DNA of 54,178 bases, counting the filler, from Theionarchaea archaeon (GTDB lineage: Archaea; Methanobacteriota_B; Thermococci; Methanofastidiosales; SZ-28-30): the NCBI GenBank assembly GCA_018992565.1. It is 4 parts of 4 records of this genome, joined end to end, with 100 filler letters (N's around TTAATTAATTAA, not from the genome) between each part and the next. Parts side by side here need not be neighbours in the genome. Positions count along the whole stretch, not along the records: positions 50,089 to 54,178 come from JACVGW010000137.1; 3 more parts are not named here. One strand, 5' to 3'. Position 1 is the first letter of the stretch. The number at the start of each line of letters is the position of its first letter. The notes under the pieces were generated by a model. The model saw nothing but the letters and a program-made list of their open reading frames with translations. It had not been told where the DNA came from and did not search any database. The position numbers and the translations under genes are program-made. This document shows positions 50,319 to 54,178 of the stretch, piece after piece.

Positions 50319-52412
50319 ATGAAAGGAGAAAATTCCTCACCAAATCGGCTCATCCATGAGAAAAGCCCGTACCTTCTGCAGCATGCCTACAATCCCGTGG
50401 ATTGGTATCCCTGGGGGGAAGAGGCTTTCAAGAGGGCACAAGAACAGGAAAGGCCAATATTTTTATCTATAGGTTATTCTACATGTCACTGGTGTCATGT
50501 CATGGAGAAAGAGTCATTTGAAGACAAAGAAGTAGCGTTGCTGCTTAATAAGTGGTTTGTATGTGTAAAAGTTGACCGGGAGGAGAGACCTGACCTTGAC
50601 AGCCTGTATATGACAGTGTGCCAGGCCATGACAGGACGTGGAGGATGGCCACTCACTATTGTCATGACCCCTGACAAGAAGCCGTTCTTTGCAGGAACCT
50701 ACATTCCAAAGGACTCCAGGTTTTCACAGGCGGGGCTGTTGGAGATACTCCCCAGGATTCATGAGCTGTGGATCGGTAGAAAAGAGGATTTGGTTGAGAC
50801 CGCAGAGACTGTTATACAGTCTATTGCTGCTTCTGAAGTCCTGCAGGGAGAGGATCTGCACAGCTCTATTCTCGAATCTGGATATTCAGCGTTAGCAGAC
50901 TTGTTTGACGACGAATGCGGGGGGTTCAGCACTGCACCTAAATTCCCCATGGCCCATCACGTGCTCTTTCTTCTGAGGTACTGGAATAGAACCCAGAAGA
51001 AAAGAGCGCTCTTCATGGTAGAGAAGACGCTGCAATCAATGAGGCGAGGAGGCATCTATGACCATGTCGGGTTTGGAATTCACCGGTATGCTGCTGATAT
51101 GAACTGGCTGGTTCCTCACTTCGAGAAGATGCTGTATGACCAAGCTCTAACGAGTATGGCTTATATAGAAGCATACCAGGCTACTCAAAACCCCCTCTAT
51201 AAGAAGACTGCAGAAGAGATTTGTGAGTACGTGCTGCGAGATATGAAAGGCCCCGAAGGAGGATTCTATTCTGCTCAGGATGCTGATAGCGAGGGAAGAG
51301 AGGGGAAATTCTATACATGGAATGAAGCAGAGATAGACCAGGTAGATCATGCCGAATTGATCAAGATAATATTTGATATCAGGAAAGAGGGGAATTTTCC
51401 TCAATCTCAGGGTCAGAACATCCTCCATATGGGGGCGCCTGTATCAGAATATGCTGGACGTCTGAAAACATCGCCTCGGGAACTGCAAGATATCCTTGAA
51501 CACGCCAGGAGGCAGCTGTTGGAGATGAGAACCCAGAGAGCACCCCCTGGAATAGATGACAAGAGACTGACAGACTGGAATGGTCTCATGGTAGCTTCCT
51601 TGAGCAAAGGGGGACAGGTCTTTGGTAACGAAGAATATACGAAAGCAGCTGAAAAAGCAGTCACCTTTCTTTTGGAGACCAATATGAAAGATGAATCCGT
51701 ACTCTACCATCGATTCAGAGATAGTGAAGCAGCAATTCCTGGATTCTTGGATGATTATGCCTTCCTTGCCTGGGGCCTCCTGGAGTTGTATGAAGCCACC
51801 TTCACCCCGGGTTATTTACGGAATGCAGTACTGGTGACTGATTCCATGATAAAGCGTTTCTGGGATACATCGGGGGGTGGGTTCTATTTTACAGAAGATG
51901 GTACCTCTGCTATGACACGCAGGAAAATCTCGTATGATGGAAGCTATCCTTCTGGCAACTCTGTAGCAGTCCTGAATCTCTTGCGCCTGGCCCGTATGAC
52001 AGGAGATCACACGTATGAAAAAAGGGCAGCACAAACCATGAAAGCTTTTGGTCATGTGATTCGTCACCTGCCCTCGTCCCACACTATGTTCCTGGTGGGC
52101 TATGATTTTGCGTTGGGGCCATCGGCAGAAGTGGTCATAGCAGGATCACCGGGAGACCAGGATACTCAAGAGATGATACATGCTCTACGGAGGATATATG
52201 TTCCAAACAAGGTTGTTCTCCTGCGGTCTGGAAGAGATGATTTACTGGACGAAATCTGCCCCTTTGCAAAGGATCTCGTTCAAATCCAGGGGAAAGCTAC
52301 AGCTTACGTATGCCATGACTTTCAGTGTAACCTTCCCACAACGTCATCAGATGAGGTTGCCTATCAACTGAGAGAATTGTCTGCCCATTCTTCTCGCTGT
52401 AACAAAAACTGA
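50319..52412 (+). CDS. YyaL/SSP411 (DUF255) thioredoxin-domain protein
   Basis: [43 protein letters not shown]. Confidence 0.93.
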   Translation: MKGENSSPNRLIHEKSPYLLQHAYNPVDWYPWGEEAFKRAQEQERPIFLSIGYSTCHWCHVMEKESFEDKEVALLLNKWFVCVKVDREERPDLDSLYMTVCQAMTGRGGWPLTIVMTPDKKPFFAGTYIPKDSRFSQAGLLEILPRIHELWIGRKEDLVETAETVIQSIAASEVLQGEDLHSSILESGYSALADLFDDECGGFSTAPKFPMAHHVLFLLRYWNRTQKKRALFMVEKTLQSMRRGGIYDHVGFGIHRYAADMNWLVPHFEKMLYDQALTSMAYIEAYQATQNPLYKKTAEEICEYVLRDMKGPEGGFYSAQDADSEGREGKFYTWNEAEIDQVDHAELIKIIFDIRKEGNFPQSQGQNILHMGAPVSEYAGRLKTSPRELQDILEHARRQLLEMRTQRAPPGIDDKRLTDWNGLMVASLSKGGQVFGNEEYTKAAEKAVTFLLETNMKDESVLYHRFRDSEAAIPGFLDDYAFLAWGLLELYEATFTPGYLRNAVLVTDSMIKRFWDTSGGGFYFTEDGTSAMTRRKISYDGSYPSGNSVAVLNLLRLARMTGDHTYEKRAAQTMKAFGHVIRHLPSSHTMFLVGYDFALGPSAEVVIAGSPGDQDTQEMIHALRRIYVPNKVVLLRSGRDDLLDEICPFAKDLVQIQGKATAYVCHDFQCNLPTTSSDEVAYQLRELSAHSSRCNKN

Positions 52413-52502
52413 AAAGAATTCACAAAGCAGAAAGCTCATGATCTTCTCAGTTTCTGTGCTCACTTGCAGCCTCTTTTCAGAAGCTTTGGGAGTGGCACCA
52501 CA

Positions 52503-53360
52503 TCAGATAAGTGAACACACACTGTCTACTTCTCTTAGGAATCCTTCCTTCTCCAGCTGGTCAATGATTCTCGTCACTCTTTGAAAGGAACCACATTCTC
52601 TGATCAGCACTCCTGTGGGCTGAGGGGCTTCAAGAAGAATGCGCAGGATTTTGCCTCTGATCTGCCTGTCACTTCCCTCAAAAGGAGACTGGGCGTGATG
52701 GCGGGCACTCCTCCTCCCTGGATTTTTCTCTGCCTTTTTGAGCATGCTCCCATAGTCCATCAAAGCGTAGTACCACTCTCGGGGGTTCTCAAAGTCCAGC
52801 GTTTCCTTCACAAGAGGCAGAATCTCCGTATCCCTGATGTTTTCTTGATCATGAAAGAAGACATGTATGAATACTGCCCTAATGTTAGTCTCGATGAAGA
52901 TGACAGGCTTTGAAAAGGCGAAAGCAGCAATTGCACCTGCTGTAGCCTTGCCAATCCCGGGAAATGTTTCCAGGATGGCAGTATCTGAAGGCAGCTCCCC
53001 CTGGAATCTTGTGACTACTATCTCTGCCGTTTTCCTCAGGTTCAGAGCTCTGCGGTTATATCCCAGCCCTTGCCACACTGCTAACACATCCTTGAAAGGG
53101 ACTTCATTCAGTGCGCGAAAATCGGGGAATGCCCTGATAAACTGATTGTATTTTGCTGTAACCCTCTGAGTCTGAGTCTGCTGGAGCATGAATTCGGACA
53201 CCAGAATGTGGTAGGGATCTGTGGTTTCTCTCCACGGAAATGACCTGCTGTGCATTGAGTAGTAATCATGAATGAGGATTTGAAAGGCCTTGATCGAGTC
53301 AGGAGTCAATGTATGCACTTCATATTTCTTATCCATAGAGCGGTGGGATATTCTCTTCAT
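52503..53360 (-). CDS. MutY-like A/G-specific adenine glycosylase (HhH-GPD), without Fe-S cluster
   Basis: PWRET, VSEFMLQQTQ, WQGLGYNRRA, PGIGKATA. Confidence 0.85.
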   Translation of the reverse strand: MKRISHRSMDKKYEVHTLTPDSIKAFQILIHDYYSMHSRSFPWRETTDPYHILVSEFMLQQTQTQRVTAKYNQFIRAFPDFRALNEVPFKDVLAVWQGLGYNRRALNLRKTAEIVVTRFQGELPSDTAILETFPGIGKATAGAIAAFAFSKPVIFIETNIRAVFIHVFFHDQENIRDTEILPLVKETLDFENPREWYYALMDYGSMLKKAEKNPGRRSARHHAQSPFEGSDRQIRGKILRILLEAPQPTGVLIRECGSFQRVTRIIDQLEKEGFLREVDSVCSLI

Positions 53361-53497
53361 GCTGGAAAGAGAAGGTTACTCATTAAAAGCTTTCACAGGA
53401 CCATGAGTCCAGAAGAGAGTGTTAGGAAGAAGAGAGGAGAATAGCACCAGTTTACTGTCATTCCAAAAGCTTAAAAATCACCATCGAAAAGAGAGGT

Positions 53498-54178
53498 ATG
53501 GTCACCATTGCCACATTAGGTTCACATTCTGCGTTGAATATCCTTGCCGGTGCTAAGGACGAAGGGTTCAAGACGCTCCTCTTATGTGAGAAATCCCGTA
53601 CTTTCTACGAACGGTTTAATGTTGCTGACGAAATCATGTACCTGGACAGCCTGTCAGATATTAGAGCCCTGGAACTGCAGAAGACCCTTATCAAAAAAGA
53701 TGTAGTCCTCATTCCCCACGGTTCCTTTATTTCTTACCTGGATATAGACTATCTGGAGAATGAGTTTTGTGTTCCTATTCTAGGAAACAAATATTTATTT
53801 AGGAATGAATCCGACAGAAATTTGGAGAGAGAATGGTTCTTAAAGGCGGATATACGGATACCGCGTATTTTCGAGCCTGATGAGATTAATACGAGAGTTA
53901 TCGTAAAATACCACGGAGCTAAAGGGGGAAAAGGGTACTTCACAGCAAATTCTCCTCAGGAGTTCTACCAGAAACAGGAAGAAAGTGGGCAGGGTGAAAT
54001 CCAGATTCAGGAATGGATCCATGGTGTGACCATGTACTTTCACTATTTCTACTCTCCACTTAACGAAGAGCTGGAGTTGACCAGTATTGACCGCCGGTAT
54101 GAGACCACAGCAGATGCAGTGCTCAACTTACCAGATAGAGAACCAACTTATGTGGTTGTGGGTAATTTCCCGCTGGTG
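53498..54178 (+). CDS. purP: PurP-family FAICAR synthetase (ATP-grasp), runs off the window
   Basis: IATLGSHSAL, GAKDEGF, IPHGSF, GAKGGKGYF, IDRRYE, VVVGNFP; not in the ORF track. Confidence 0.9.
   Translation, partial: MVTIATLGSHSALNILAGAKDEGFKTLLLCEKSRTFYERFNVADEIMYLDSLSDIRALELQKTLIKKDVVLIPHGSFISYLDIDYLENEFCVPILGNKYLFRNESDRNLEREWFLKADIRIPRIFEPDEINTRVIVKYHGAKGGKGYFTANSPQEFYQKQEESGQGEIQIQEWIHGVTMYFHYFYSPLNEELELTSIDRRYETTADAVLNLPDREPTYVVVGNFPLV

Noticed and set aside
4308..53145. Numerous antisense or overlapping ORFs in the track (e.g. 4308-4925, 9572-10210, 27123-27893)
   Set aside because: They overlap well-supported genes and have no motifs or RBS.

Overview
Archaeal genomic DNA (markers: eS19/eL39/eL31/aIF6, aIF5A with deoxyhypusine synthase, archaemetzincin, PurP, ribose-1,5-bisphosphate isomerase, TATA-type promoters). 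The gene content resembles an anaerobic Thermococci/Theionarchaea/Methanofastidiosa-like lineage; this taxonomy is inference only. The window is not contiguous: three N-TTAATTAATTAA-N linkers (about 23.0, 45.8 and 50.0 kb) join four separate contigs, and five plain 100-N gaps interrupt genes. Most content is housekeeping: nucleotide-sugar enzymes, MetG, RlmE, methylmalonyl-CoA mutase/epimerase, BirA, UvrA, a MutY-like glycosylase, an aconitase X pair, an aIF5A-agmatinase-DHS operon, ribosomal proteins, tRNA-Asn and a partial tRNA-Ile. I found no CRISPR array, integrase or intact transposase. The most interesting signals are: (1) a stand-alone 31-aa peptide gene with its own TATA box, RBS and hairpin-polyT terminator (49.8 kb); (2) a candidate ~115-nt structured ncRNA with its own promoter and terminator (11.6 kb); (3) an archaeal BlaI/BlaR1-like pair with a His/Met-rich tail and two matching operator-like palindromes, facing a MacB-type ABC/S-layer operon; (4) an ECF S-component-like protein with a large membrane insertion, coupled to a molybdopterin-oxidoreductase-fold lipoprotein that lacks the usual metal-ligand Cys; (5) tandem thioredoxin-CcdA fusions, one of which has lost both membrane cysteines.
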